Positions 1 to 8,947 are shown, counted from the stretch's first letter. The stretch: DNA of 32,000 nucleotides from Methylorubrum extorquens (GCA_900234795.1 LT962688.1:1050001-1082000); one strand, 5' to 3'. The notes: generated by a model from the sequence alone, not told the origin. Made by a program: numbers and translations.

Positions 1-87
1 CCGGCTTCTCCCCTTCGCGGTCGCGGGCTTGCCCGGGGCTTAGCGTCCTTGCGGGGAAGGGCACCGGGCCGCTCGGAAAACAGATCG

Positions 88-2223
88 ATGCTTCGTCTCC
101 TCCTCGCCCTCCTCCTGACGCTTGCCGCCGGCCTTGCCGCCCCCGGCCTTGCCGGCGCGCAGGGAGCGATGACGGCGGTGAAGGCCAAGGATCTCGTGCG
201 CGCGCGCCTCGTCGCCGAGAGCGAAGCGCTGGTGCCCGGCCGCACGGTGACGCTCGGCCTGCACATGGCGATGAAGCCGGGCTGGCACGTGTACTGGCGC
301 AATCCCGGCGATTCCGGGCTGCCGCCGGAGATGGCGTGGCGTCTGCCCAAGGGCTTCACGGTCGGCCCGGTGCAGTGGCCGGTCCCGGAGCGCATCCCGG
401 TCCAGACCCTGATGAATTTCGGCTACGAGGGCGCCGTCACCCTGCTCGTGCCGCTTGCCGTGCCCGAGAGCGCCCGAGCCGGCGAGACGGTGCGGCTCTC
501 CGGTACGCTCTCCTACCTCGTCTGCGAGGAGATCTGCATTCCGGGTTCGGCCGAACTGAGCATCGATCTGCCCGTAGCGGCCTCCGCGGAGCCGGATTCG
601 GGGCAGGCGGCCCTGTTCGCCCGCGCCCGCGCCGCGCTTCCGGAAGCCGCACCAGGTCCCGTCCGCACCAGCCGCGCGGGCGACCGGCTCGTGCTGCATC
701 TCGACCGGCCGGGCCTCGCGGGTGTGACCGGAGCCGCCTTCTTCCCCTATGCCGAGGGCGCGCTCGACAACGCCGCGCCGCAGGATCTCGCCGTCGATGC
801 CGCTGGCCTGCGCCTCACCCTGACGCCGGGCGATGCGGGGCAGCCGCCCGAGGCGCTCGCCGGCGTGCTCGCCCTCACCGAGGACGGCACGCGCAAGGCC
901 TACGCGCTGGGCCCGGAACCCGCCCCCGCGCCGACGGCGGCCGCGGCCGTTCCCGCCGCGCCCGAGACGCCACCCGCCCCGGCGGAAGAGGAGACCCTGA
1001 CGCTGTGGAGCGCCGCAGGGCTGGCGCTGCTGGGCGGGCTCCTGCTCAACCTGATGCCCTGCGTCTTCCCGGTCCTCTCGATCAAGGTGCTGAGCCTCGT
1101 GCGGCAGGCGGGCGAATCCGCCACCCGCGTGCGGCTGCACGGGCTCGCCTACACGGCGGGCGTGCTCGCGAGCTTCCTCGGGTTGGCCGGGCTGCTGATC
1201 GCGCTGAAGGCGGGCGGCGCCGGGATCGGCTGGGGCTTCCAGCTCCAGTCGCCGGTGGTGGTGGCGCTGCTGGCCTACGGGTTGTTCGCCATGGGCCTGA
1301 GCCTGTCGGGCGCGGTGCATCTCGGCGGCGGCATCGTCGGGCTCGGCGACGGGCTGACCCGGCGGGCGGGCTACCAGGGCTCGTTCTTCACCGGCGTGCT
1401 GGCGACGCTGGTCGCGACGCCCTGCACCGCGCCGTTCATGGGCGCGGCGGTGGGCTTCGCGCTGACGCAGTCGCCGCTCGCCGCACTCACCGTGTTCGCG
1501 AGCCTCGGCCTCGGGCTCGCCCTGCCGTTCCTAGGTCTGACGCTGGTCCCGCAGGCCCTGCGCCTGCTGCCGCGGCCTGGCGCCTGGATGGACGTGCTGA
1601 AGGGCGCGCTCGCCTTTCCCGTCTACGCCACGGTGGCGTGGCTCGTTTGGGTGCTGGCGCAGCAGGTCGGACCCAACGGGCTACTCGCGGGGCTCACCGG
1701 CCTCGTGCTCGTGGCGCTCGCCGCCTGGGCCTGGGAACGGGCGCGCGGGGCGGGCCGGCTCGGCACCGGCTTCGGCCGGGTGGCGGCCCTCGCGGCGCTC
1801 GCGGCGGCGCTCGGCCTCGTCGGCGTCCTCGACGGCGACCGGGCCACCGCGCGCACCGCGCTGGCACAGGGCGAGGAGGCCTTCACGCAGGCCCGTCTCG
1901 ACGCACTGAGGGCGGAGGGGCGCACGGTGTTCGTGGACATGACGGCGGCGTGGTGCATCACCTGCCAGGTCAACGAGCGGACCGTCATTGCCCGCGAGGG
2001 CGTGCAGGCAGCGTTCCGGGCGGGCCAAGTGGTGTACCTGAAGGGCGACTGGACCAACCAGAACCCGGAGATCACCCGCCTGTTGGAGCGCCACGGCCGC
2101 AGCGGCGTGCCGCTCTACCTCGTCTATCGCGGCCAGGGCGAGGCGCAGGTGCTGCCGCAGATCCTCACCGAGGGGATCGTGCTGGCGGCCATCGGGCAGA
2201 AGGACGTCGCGGCGGCGCAGTAG
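88..2223 (+). CDS. DsbD/ScsB-family thiol:disulfide interchange protein (periplasmic N-domain, DsbD membrane core, C-terminal thioredoxin)
   Basis: ORF 49..2223. The ATG at 88 gives a signal-like N-terminus (MLRLLLALLLTLAAGLAAPGLAGAQG). The N-domain carries YLVCEEICIPG. The DsbD-type membrane core carries LNLMPCVFPVLSIK and ATPCTAPFMG. The C-terminal thioredoxin motif is WCITCQVNE. GC3 is strong. Confidence 0.85.
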   Translation: MLRLLLALLLTLAAGLAAPGLAGAQGAMTAVKAKDLVRARLVAESEALVPGRTVTLGLHMAMKPGWHVYWRNPGDSGLPPEMAWRLPKGFTVGPVQWPVPERIPVQTLMNFGYEGAVTLLVPLAVPESARAGETVRLSGTLSYLVCEEICIPGSAELSIDLPVAASAEPDSGQAALFARARAALPEAAPGPVRTSRAGDRLVLHLDRPGLAGVTGAAFFPYAEGALDNAAPQDLAVDAAGLRLTLTPGDAGQPPEALAGVLALTEDGTRKAYALGPEPAPAPTAAAAVPAAPETPPAPAEEETLTLWSAAGLALLGGLLLNLMPCVFPVLSIKVLSLVRQAGESATRVRLHGLAYTAGVLASFLGLAGLLIALKAGGAGIGWGFQLQSPVVVALLAYGLFAMGLSLSGAVHLGGGIVGLGDGLTRRAGYQGSFFTGVLATLVATPCTAPFMGAAVGFALTQSPLAALTVFASLGLGLALPFLGLTLVPQALRLLPRPGAWMDVLKGALAFPVYATVAWLVWVLAQQVGPNGLLAGLTGLVLVALAAWAWERARGAGRLGTGFGRVAALAALAAALGLVGVLDGDRATARTALAQGEEAFTQARLDALRAEGRTVFVDMTAAWCITCQVNERTVIAREGVQAAFRAGQVVYLKGDWTNQNPEITRLLERHGRSGVPLYLVYRGQGEAQVLPQILTEGIVLAAIGQKDVAAAQ

Positions 2224-2248
2224 GGCTCACGAGCAGTCCCGTTCATCC

Positions 2249-2272
2249 CCTCTCCCCGCAAGCGGGGAGAGG
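2249..2272. terminator. Perfect 11-bp inverted repeat (cctctccccgc aa gcggggagagg) between convergent genes; REP-like hairpin and likely bidirectional terminator
   Basis: Read directly. It lies between the stop of the DsbD-like gene (2223) and the stop of wrbA (2286). The same palindrome recurs at 5727..5750 and, degenerate, at 5894..5918 and 11526..11551. Confidence 0.5.
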
Positions 2273-2285
2273 GGAAATCCGCGCC

Positions 2286-2885
2286 TCAGCCCGCGAGCTT
2301 GGCCGCGATGCCGGCCACGTGGCGGCCCTGGAAGCGGGCGCCGTCGAGTTCGACCTCGGAAGGCTGGCGCGAGCCGTCGCCGTCGGCGATCGTGGTGGCG
2401 CCGTAGGGGGAATTGCCCTTCACTTGCTCGACGCCGTTCTGCCCCGCGAAGCTGTAGGGCAGGCCCACCACCACCATGCCGTGGTGGAACAGCACCGTGT
2501 GGAAGCTCGTCAGCGTGGTCTCCTGGCCGCCGTGCTGCGAGGCGGTCGAGGTGAAGGCCGAGCCGACCTTGCCGACCAGCGCGCCCTTGGCCCACAGGCC
2601 GCCGGTCTGGTCGATGAACTGCTTCATCTGCGACGCCATGTTGCCGTAGCGGGTCGGCGTGCCGAAGATGATCGCGTCGTAATCGGCCAGCTCCTCGACG
2701 GTGGCGATCGGCGCCTCCTGATCGAGCTTGTAGTGGAACTGCTTGGCCACCTCGTCCGGCACCAGTTCCGGCACGCGCTTGAGCGCGACCTCGGCCCCGG
2801 TCTCGCGGGCGCCCTCGGCCACGGCCTTGGCCATCTGCTCCACATGGCCCCACGACGAGTAGTAGAGCACCAGAACCTTCGCCAT
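2286..2885 (-). CDS. wrbA: NAD(P)H:quinone oxidoreductase, WrbA-type flavodoxin-like protein
   Basis: ORF 2286..3035 trimmed to the internal ATG at 2885 ([25 protein letters not shown]...). The protein is 199 aa, with the flavodoxin-like [15 protein letters not shown] and [12 protein letters not shown] segments typical of WrbA. The upstream ORF extension is Arg/Pro-rich and non-coding-like. Confidence 0.9.
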   Translation of the reverse strand: MAKVLVLYYSSWGHVEQMAKAVAEGARETGAEVALKRVPELVPDEVAKQFHYKLDQEAPIATVEELADYDAIIFGTPTRYGNMASQMKQFIDQTGGLWAKGALVGKVGSAFTSTASQHGGQETTLTSFHTVLFHHGMVVVGLPYSFAGQNGVEQVKGNSPYGATTIADGDGSRQPSEVELDGARFQGRHVAGIAAKLAG

Positions 2886-3011
2886 CGTCGTCTCTCCTGT
2901 TCGCGGGCCCGGCGCATCGCCCCGGAATGGGCTTTCCGCCCTCGGGCGGAGGCGACGCGCTCGTATCGGCCCGAGCGTCGAATGCGCGACTCCTATGAAG
3001 GTTCGCGCTGT

Positions 3012-3058
3012 TTGCAGAAATGCCCTGCCGTGCAAGATCAGTCTTGCAGATCTGCAAG
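3012..3058. promoter_or_regulatory. Candidate LysR-type operator: perfect 16-bp palindrome cttgcagatctgcaag (3043..3058) plus upstream TTGCAGA (3012..3018) and GTGCAAGA (3030..3037) half-site copies
   Basis: Read directly in the wrbA/LysR divergent intergenic region. The palindrome contains a T-N11-A arrangement (t3045 to a3057). It sits 28 nt upstream of the LysR ATG and about 160 nt upstream of wrbA. Confidence 0.4.
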
Positions 3059-3085
3059 CGAGGGACGGAGGAGGGTGCGGTGCCG

Positions 3086-4024
3086 ATGGCCTGGGACGAA
3101 TTCCGCCTCGTGCAGGCTATCGCCGACCGGGGGGCGCTGGCTCCGGCCGCAGCGCATCTCGGCATCAACCCTTCCACCGCCTTCCGCCGCCTCGCGGCGG
3201 TCGAGGCGGAACTCGGTGCGCGGCTGTTCGAGCGCCACCGCTCCGGCTACGTGCCGACGCCGGCGGGCGAGGCGATGGCCGCGGCGGCCACGCGGATGGA
3301 GGAGGAGGTCGCCCGCTTCGACCGGGAGGTCGCCGACCGGGCACAGACGCCCTCGGGGCTTCTGCGCGTCACCGCCGCGGCGACGCTGGTCACCGATTTC
3401 CTGATGCCGATACTCGGCCGATTCCGGGCGCGCTACCGACAAGTCCAGATCGAACTCGTCACCTCCGAGGAGGCGCTGAACCTGTCCCGCCGCGATGCGG
3501 ACGTGGCGTTGCGAGCCACCCACGACCCGCCGCCGAACCTCGTCGGGCGCCGGCTCGGCACCATCGCCTGGGCGGTCTACGGGCCGGCGCGCGAGGACGC
3601 GAACGGCGAGACGGATGGCGGCGACGCCGACTGGGTCAGCCCGAGCGAGGCGGTGGCCGGCGGCCTCTTCGCGCGCTTCGTCGCCGCCCGCGCCGGGCCG
3701 GAGCGGATCGCGCTGCGCCTCAACAGCGTGCAGGGGCTGTGCGAGGCGATCGTGGAGGGCGTCGGCATCGGGCCGCTGCCCTGCTACCGCGGCGACCGGC
3801 TCGCATCCCTGCGCCGTCTCTCCGGGCCGGAGCCGGAGTTGGCCGGTTCGCTCTGGCTCCTGACCCACCCGGACCTGCGCCACGCGGCGCGGGTGCGCGC
3901 CTTCATGGACCATGTCGCCGCCGAGGTCGCGCCGTTGCGCCCGGTCCTGGAAGGGCGCCAGGGGGACGATCCAAGCAGCAGGGTGAGTGCCCAGCTCGAG
4001 GCTGTGCCAGGAACGCCGTCCTGA
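3086..4024 (+). CDS. LysR-family transcriptional regulator, divergent from wrbA
   Basis: ORF 3020..4024. The start is placed at the ATG at 3086 ([55 protein letters not shown]), which is a typical LysR wHTH N-terminus. It is followed by a substrate-binding-like domain. A GTG at 3080 is an alternative start. Confidence 0.85.
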   Translation: MAWDEFRLVQAIADRGALAPAAAHLGINPSTAFRRLAAVEAELGARLFERHRSGYVPTPAGEAMAAAATRMEEEVARFDREVADRAQTPSGLLRVTAAATLVTDFLMPILGRFRARYRQVQIELVTSEEALNLSRRDADVALRATHDPPPNLVGRRLGTIAWAVYGPAREDANGETDGGDADWVSPSEAVAGGLFARFVAARAGPERIALRLNSVQGLCEAIVEGVGIGPLPCYRGDRLASLRRLSGPEPELAGSLWLLTHPDLRHAARVRAFMDHVAAEVAPLRPVLEGRQGDDPSSRVSAQLEAVPGTPS

Positions 4025-4255
4025 AACGCTCGCCCGGCGCGGCGCCCTTCGCATCGCGGAGCCCTGACGCGCCGTCGCGCGAGGGCGCTCAACGCAATTG
4101 CGCAACGACCGGTCCCGCCTGTATAAGAGGCGATCCCCTCATTCATCGCGACATGGGATCCTTCGGGCCTGACCGGGCCGGAGGCCGCGGGGAAGCCATT
4201 CCGGCATCCCGCCCGTTTCCCTGCCGCGCACTCTGACCGTCTGGAGCTTTGTCCG

Positions 4256-4954
4256 ATGTCCCAAGGTCCGCTGATGCCCAAGGCGACCGCCGTGTGGCTC
4301 GTCGAGAACACCTCGCTCGCCTTCGAGCAGATCGCCGATTTCTGCAAGCTGCACCCGCTCGAGGTGAAGGGCATCGCCGACGGTGAAGTCGCCGCCGGCA
4401 TCAAGGGCCTCGACCCGATCACCACCGGCCAGCTCACCCGCGACGAGATCGAGAAGGCGCAGAAGGCGCCGCATTACCGGCTCAAGGTCGCAGTCTCGAA
4501 GGTGAAGCTGCCCGAGGTCAAGCGCACCACCAAGGGCCCGCGCTACACCCCGCTGTCGCGTCGTCAGGACCGGCCGAATGCGATCCTCTGGCTGATCCGC
4601 AACCACCCGGAGCTGAAGGACGCGCAGGTCATCCGGCTGGTGGGCACCACCAAGGCGACGATCCAGCAGATCCGCGAGCGGACCCACTGGAACTCGGCCT
4701 CGCTCCAGCCGATGGACCCGGTGACGCTCGGCCTGTGCTCGCAGATCGACCTCGATTTCGAGGTCCAGCGCGCCGCCAAGGACCGCCCGGCCGTGCTGCC
4801 GACCGATGGCGGCGCCAAGCTCCTGCCGACCGAGGTCTCGACCGCCCCGGCCGCCGCAGAGCGGGAGGAAGAGGAAGAAGATCTCAACGCCGATGCGGTC
4901 TTCGCCAAGCTCAAGGGCATGAGCCGCATCGACGAGGACGACGACGAGGTGTGA
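4256..4954 (+). CDS. DUF1013 family protein (TrcR-like cell-cycle transcriptional regulator of Alphaproteobacteria)
   Basis: The N-terminus PLMPKATAVWLVENTSLAFEQIADFCKLHPLEVKGIADGE and the segment RPNAILWLIRNHPELKDAQVIRLVGTTKATIQQIRERTHWN match my memory of the DUF1013/TrcR family. The C-tail is acidic. A GGAG lies about 10 nt upstream of the ATG at 4256; the ATG at 4274 is an alternative start. Confidence 0.75.
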   Translation: MSQGPLMPKATAVWLVENTSLAFEQIADFCKLHPLEVKGIADGEVAAGIKGLDPITTGQLTRDEIEKAQKAPHYRLKVAVSKVKLPEVKRTTKGPRYTPLSRRQDRPNAILWLIRNHPELKDAQVIRLVGTTKATIQQIRERTHWNSASLQPMDPVTLGLCSQIDLDFEVQRAAKDRPAVLPTDGGAKLLPTEVSTAPAAAEREEEEEDLNADAVFAKLKGMSRIDEDDDEV

Positions 4955-5093
4955 TCGTCTCGCTCGTCGGTCGGGCGCCTGCGTCACGCGCGTAGTGCTG
5001 TTTGTGAAAAAAATTTCTCGCTCACCTGCACTAGATGCGGAATAATGCGTGCCGGTCGCTCCCACGGAGCGGCGGCAGGCGCGAGGACGTGGC

Positions 5094-5684
5094 ATGATCC
5101 ACGGTGGCGTGACCGAGAGCGGCTCTCACCCGAGCAGCTCAAACCCTGGCGGCTTGGTCGAGGCCGGACTGACTGAAACCGGCCTGCCCGCCGACCCCTC
5201 GGGGGTCCTGGACGAGCGGCCGCCCGCGGCCCCAACGGCCGAGCCGGTGACGCTCGCCGAATCCCTGATGAGCGAAGCGGGCTGGGGGCCGGAGAATTTC
5301 GGCACCGAGGGCCCGAACCCGCCCTACTTGCGCATCGGCGGCAAGCTGTGGGTGACGCTCACCGAGTTCGAGCCCTGCTTCGCCTCGTTCCGCCGCGACC
5401 GCGGCCCGTTCCGCTCGAAAGTCGCGATCGCCAGCCACCTCGCCAAGTACGACGCGATCATGGTCGATCCGCTGGCCTTCGAGGAGTGCTTCGGCCCCGG
5501 CGAGGGCAACCAGACGGTGTTCCCGTTCGGTGCGTGGCTCGAGATCCGCCGCGTCGGCTTCGGCGGGCTGGAATTGTGGGGCAAGCGCCAGGGCGCCGTG
5601 ACCCTCCCGCTCGACGCCCTGGCGGTGGCCTCGGCGATCTGGCTGCGGCGGAAGGGTTCGACACCGCGCTCCGGGCCGACTTGA
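5094..5684 (+). CDS. Hypothetical protein (196 aa), no family recognised
   Basis: ORF 5049..5684 trimmed to the ATG at 5094, which has a GAGGA about 6 nt upstream. Third positions are almost all G or C across the frame, so it is very likely translated. It is preceded by the lowest-GC stretch of the window (about 4985..5050). The antisense ORF 5324..5944 is rejected. Confidence 0.6.
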   Translation: MIHGGVTESGSHPSSSNPGGLVEAGLTETGLPADPSGVLDERPPAAPTAEPVTLAESLMSEAGWGPENFGTEGPNPPYLRIGGKLWVTLTEFEPCFASFRRDRGPFRSKVAIASHLAKYDAIMVDPLAFEECFGPGEGNQTVFPFGAWLEIRRVGFGGLELWGKRQGAVTLPLDALAVASAIWLRRKGSTPRSGPT

Positions 5685-5726
5685 GACTTAAGGGGTCGAT
5701 CGGCTCGTAGCCCGCCGCGCTCCCCC

Positions 5727-5918
5727 CCTCTCCCCGCAAGCGGGGAGAGGCCTGTCTGCACCCTGTCGTGCGGACAGGCAGCGGAGGCGAAGCCGGAGCG
5801 ACGGTGAGGGGGCGGCTCAGAAGGAGCACCTTCCGGCACCGCCCCCTCACCTTCGGCTGCCGCCTCGCTTTGCCGACGACGAGGTCGGTAAAGCCCTCTC
5901 CCCGCGAGCGGGGCGAGG
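5727..5918. repeat. Mosaic of REP-like palindromes filling the intergenic gap
   Basis: Read directly: an 11-bp IR at 5727..5750; an imperfect IR cctgtctgcac/gtgcggacagg; a 13-bp IR ggtgagggggcgg...ccgccccctcacc around 5803..5851; and a degenerate copy of the first palindrome at 5894..5918. Segment 5839..5867 is the reverse complement (1 mismatch) of 11578..11606. Confidence 0.7.
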
Positions 5919-5947
5919 CAGTGAGCGGGATTGACCAGCAACATCCC

Positions 5948-7426
5948 TCACGCCGCGGCCAGCGGCTTCGACACGTCCTCCAGCGACTTGCCCTCGGCCG
6001 CCGTGCCCCAGATCCAGCCGACGATGGCGGCCACCGCCATCAGGGCCGCGCCGATGAAGTAGCCGACCAGCACGAGGTCGCGCGAGCCCGTCTCCACCAG
6101 CGCGCCGAACAGGAGCGGCCCCGAGACGCCGCCGATGCCGGTGCCGAGGGCGTAGAAGGCGGCGATCGCCAGCGCGCGAATCTCCAGCGGGAAGGTCTCG
6201 GCCACCGTGAGGTAGGCAGAGCTCGCCGCGGCGGAGGCGAAGAAGAACACGGCCATCCAGGCCGCGGTCTGACCCCAGGGGCCGAGCATGTCGGCGCGGA
6301 AGACGAGGCCGACTACAACGAGCAGCACCGCCGAGATGCCGTAGGTGAAGGCGATCATCGGGCGCCGGCCCACGGTGTCGAACAGCCGGCCGAGCAGCAG
6401 CGGGCCGAGGAAGGAGCCGAGCGCGAAGGGCAGGAGATACCAGCCGACATCGCCGCCGGGCACGTTGTAGAAGCGCTCCAGCACCAGCGCGTAGGTGAAG
6501 AACAGCGCGTTGTAGAAGAAGGCCTGGGCGATCATCAGCGCGAGGCCGACCATGGTCTGGCGCCGGTTCGTGAGGAACAGGGCGTTGGCGACCTCCGCGA
6601 GCGGGGTGTGGCTGCGGACCTTGAGCTTGAGGCGGCGCGACGGGTCGGGCGGGGGCAGGGTGATGCCGTCATCCGTGAAGCGCTTCTCGATACCCGTCAC
6701 CACCCGGTCGGCTTCCGCGGCGTAGCCATGGGTGACGAGCCAGCGCGGGCTCTCCGGGATCCAGGTGCGCAGGAGCAGGATGACGAGGCCGATGCCGCCG
6801 CCGACGAAGAAGGCGATGCGCCAGCCATAGGACGGGTCGATCCATTCGGGGCGCAGGAGCGCGATCGAGAGGAAGGAGCCGAGCGCGGCGCCGATCCAGA
6901 ACGAGCCGTTGATGACGAGGTCGGTCCAGCCGCGCACCCGGGCCGGGATCAGCTCCTGGATGGTCGAGTTGATCGCGGTGTACTCGCCGCCGATGCCGGC
7001 TCCCGTGAGGAAGCGGAACAGGCAGAAGCTCCAGATATTCCACGACAGGCCCGTAGCCGCGGTGGCGATGAGGTAGAGAAACAGCGTGATGAAGAACAGT
7101 TTCTTGCGCCCGATCCGGTCGGTCAGCCAGCCGAAGCCGACCGCGCCGACGACCGCGCCGACGAGGTAGGAGCTGGCCGCCAAGCCGACATCGAACTCGG
7201 TGAAGGACATCGGCGCCTTGCGCAGCGCGCCGACGAGGGCGCCGGCCAAGGTCACTTCGAGTCCGTCGAGCACCCAGGTGATGCCGAGCGCGACGATGAC
7301 GAGGGTGTGGAAGCGGCCGAAGGGCAGGCGGTCGAGCCGGGCGGCGATATCAGTGTCGACGACCGTGCCGGTGGCGACGCGCTCAGGCGCCGCGGCCCCG
7401 GCCTGACCTTCCGCTCGGCTCGTCAT
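5948..7426 (-). CDS. MFS transporter (sugar-porter / metabolite:H+ symporter-like)
   Basis: ORF 5948..7552 trimmed to the ATG at 7426, which is preceded by GGAGGG. The protein is 492 aa with 12-TM-like hydrophobic periodicity and MFS loop motifs GWLTDRIGRKKLF and GRLFDTVGRRPM. Confidence 0.85.
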   Translation of the reverse strand: MTSRAEGQAGAAAPERVATGTVVDTDIAARLDRLPFGRFHTLVIVALGITWVLDGLEVTLAGALVGALRKAPMSFTEFDVGLAASSYLVGAVVGAVGFGWLTDRIGRKKLFFITLFLYLIATAATGLSWNIWSFCLFRFLTGAGIGGEYTAINSTIQELIPARVRGWTDLVINGSFWIGAALGSFLSIALLRPEWIDPSYGWRIAFFVGGGIGLVILLLRTWIPESPRWLVTHGYAAEADRVVTGIEKRFTDDGITLPPPDPSRRLKLKVRSHTPLAEVANALFLTNRRQTMVGLALMIAQAFFYNALFFTYALVLERFYNVPGGDVGWYLLPFALGSFLGPLLLGRLFDTVGRRPMIAFTYGISAVLLVVVGLVFRADMLGPWGQTAAWMAVFFFASAAASSAYLTVAETFPLEIRALAIAAFYALGTGIGGVSGPLLFGALVETGSRDLVLVGYFIGAALMAVAAIVGWIWGTAAEGKSLEDVSKPLAAA

Positions 7427-7557
7427 GGACCCTCCGTTTACCCTGACTCGGCAAAATTGTTCGCAAGTCCCACCCGGCGGCGGACCGAGGGCAGGGCATA
7501 TTGGCGTTCGGAAACGCTTCAGGTTGCGGAATGTCCCCGTTCGCCGGGCCACCCGCT

Positions 7558-7848
7558 ATGAATTTTTTCGCGCAGCTTTCCGTCAAATCCCTGCTTCCGC
7601 CGCTCGCCGCCGGGCTGGCCTCCATGGGGGCCGTCCTCGCGGTCTCCACGCTGGCGAGCGCCGGCGGAGCCGAGCGCTGGGCGCTGCGCCCCAAGGCGCC
7701 GCCCACCCCGGCTGCGGCAGAGCCCGGCCCGATCGAGCCCGCCCCCATCTTGCGCGGATCGAAGGCCATTCCCGTCTCGGAGATGCCCGGCGAGCGGCGC
7801 ACGGTGCGCATCGTCTACCAGGGCTATCTGCCGGCCGAGGCTCGCTGA
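7558..7848 (+). CDS. Small secreted hypothetical protein (96 aa)
   Basis: ORF 7501..7848. The ATG at 7558 gives MNFFAQLSVKSLLPPLAAGLASMGAVLAVSTLASA|GG, which looks like a signal peptide. GC3 is high throughout. The RBS is weak, and the ATG at 7531 is an alternative start. No family recognised. Confidence 0.5.
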   Translation: MNFFAQLSVKSLLPPLAAGLASMGAVLAVSTLASAGGAERWALRPKAPPTPAAAEPGPIEPAPILRGSKAIPVSEMPGERRTVRIVYQGYLPAEAR

Positions 7849-7870
7849 GGCGGGTTCAGCGAGCCTCGGC
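7834..7870. terminator. Perfect 15-bp inverted repeat (gccgaggctcgctga / tcagcgagcctcggc, 7-nt loop) spanning two convergent stop codons
   Basis: Read directly. The left arm (7834..7848) ends with the TGA of the small ORF. The right arm (7856..7870) starts with the reverse-complement stop of the OppC-like gene. Confidence 0.55.
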
Positions 7871-8947
7871 GACGGACAGCCGCGGGTCGAGCGCCTCGCC
7901 GAGGCCGTCGCCGAGCCGGTTCAGGGCCACCAGGGTGACGACGAGGAAGCAAGCGGGCGCGGCGAGCATCCACGGCGCGGATTCGAGCGCGCGGGCGCCT
8001 TCCGCGATCAGCACGCCCCAGGAGGTGTCGGGCTCCTGCACGCCGAGGCCGAGGAACGACAGGAAGCTTTCCAAGAGGATCACCCGCGGCACCAGCAGGG
8101 TCGCCGCCGCAATGATCGATCCGAGCGTATTCGGCACGATGTGGCGGACGAGAATCCTACCCGTGCCCGCCCCGAGTGCCGAGGCCGCGCGGACGAAGTC
8201 GCGGTCCTTCAGGCTCAGCGTCTGGGTGCGGACGATGCGGGCCATGTCGAGCCACTCGACCGCGGCGACCGCCACCAGCACCAGCCACAGGCCGGCACGG
8301 AAGAACACCAGCAGCATGATGACGAAGAAGACGAAGGGCAGGGCGTAGAGGATGTCGAGGAGGCGCATCATCAGCGCATCGACCGTGCCCCCGGCCATGC
8401 CGGAGACCGCGCCGTAGGCGACGCCGATGAGGAGCGCGGCGAGCGCCGCAGTCAGCCCGATCAGCAGGGAGACCTGCCCCGCGGCGAGGCAGCGACTGAG
8501 GAGATCGCGCCCGAGCGCATCGGTACCGAGGAGGAAGGTCAGCCGTCGGATCGGCGCCTCGACCACGAGCCGGCGTCCATCCGCGGATCGCTCCAGCACC
8601 CGAGCCTCGCCGAACAGGCCGGAGCGGGGCAGCAGGCGGAGGGAGCGCGCGTCGATGGGTTTTGCCGCCGTCAGCGTCATGCGAACCCGGTCGCCGTCCT
8701 GCGCCACGTCTTCCAGCGTCAGCCGCATCCGGAAGGCGAGGCGCGTGAGGGCCGGCCGCACCGCGTCGGGCCGCGGGTGGGCGGCAAGGCTCGGGGCGAC
8801 CCGGACGAAATCCGGATAGATCCGCTCGGGCGGATGCCCGGTGAGTTGCGGGCCGACGAAGCAGGCCAGGGCAATCAGCACGAGGCTCGCAAGGGCCACG
8901 AGCGCCGGGCGGTCGCGGGCGAGACGGCGAGCGAGCGCCAGGCTCAT
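7856..8947 (-). CDS. Peptide/nickel-type ABC transporter permease (OppC/DppC/YejE-like)
   Basis: ORF 7856..9391 trimmed to the ATG at 8947, which overlaps the upstream gene's stop as ATGA. The protein is 363 aa. It has an N-terminal TM, a long periplasmic loop, then the GTDALGRDLLSR motif and a BPD-transporter core. Confidence 0.85.
   Translation of the reverse strand: MSLALARRLARDRPALVALASLVLIALACFVGPQLTGHPPERIYPDFVRVAPSLAAHPRPDAVRPALTRLAFRMRLTLEDVAQDGDRVRMTLTAAKPIDARSLRLLPRSGLFGEARVLERSADGRRLVVEAPIRRLTFLLGTDALGRDLLSRCLAAGQVSLLIGLTAALAALLIGVAYGAVSGMAGGTVDALMMRLLDILYALPFVFFVIMLLVFFRAGLWLVLVAVAAVEWLDMARIVRTQTLSLKDRDFVRAASALGAGTGRILVRHIVPNTLGSIIAAATLLVPRVILLESFLSFLGLGVQEPDTSWGVLIAEGARALESAPWMLAAPACFLVVTLVALNRLGDGLGEALDPRLSVAEAR

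Noticed and set aside
40-3404. Very long overlapping ORFs 40..1320 (-) and 336..3404 (+, 1022 aa) that cross several real genes
   Set aside because: Their translations are Arg/Gly/Pro/Ala-rich low-complexity sequence with no motifs. They overlap well-supported genes (the DsbD-like gene, wrbA, LysR) in other frames. These are classic stop-poor shadow frames of high-GC DNA.
4093-4102. 10-bp palindrome cgcaattgcg upstream of the TrcR-like gene as a possible CtrA/CcrM-related site
   Set aside because: It does not match TTAA-N7-TTAA or GANTC. A 10-bp palindrome alone is not significant, and I found no CtrA boxes or GANTC sites in 4025..4255.
5768-7561. 597-aa ORF on the plus strand antisense to the MFS transporter
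   Set aside because: It is extremely rich in Glu/Arg/Gly/Asp/Ala with no domain signature. The opposite strand encodes a clear 12-TM MFS protein with high GC3.
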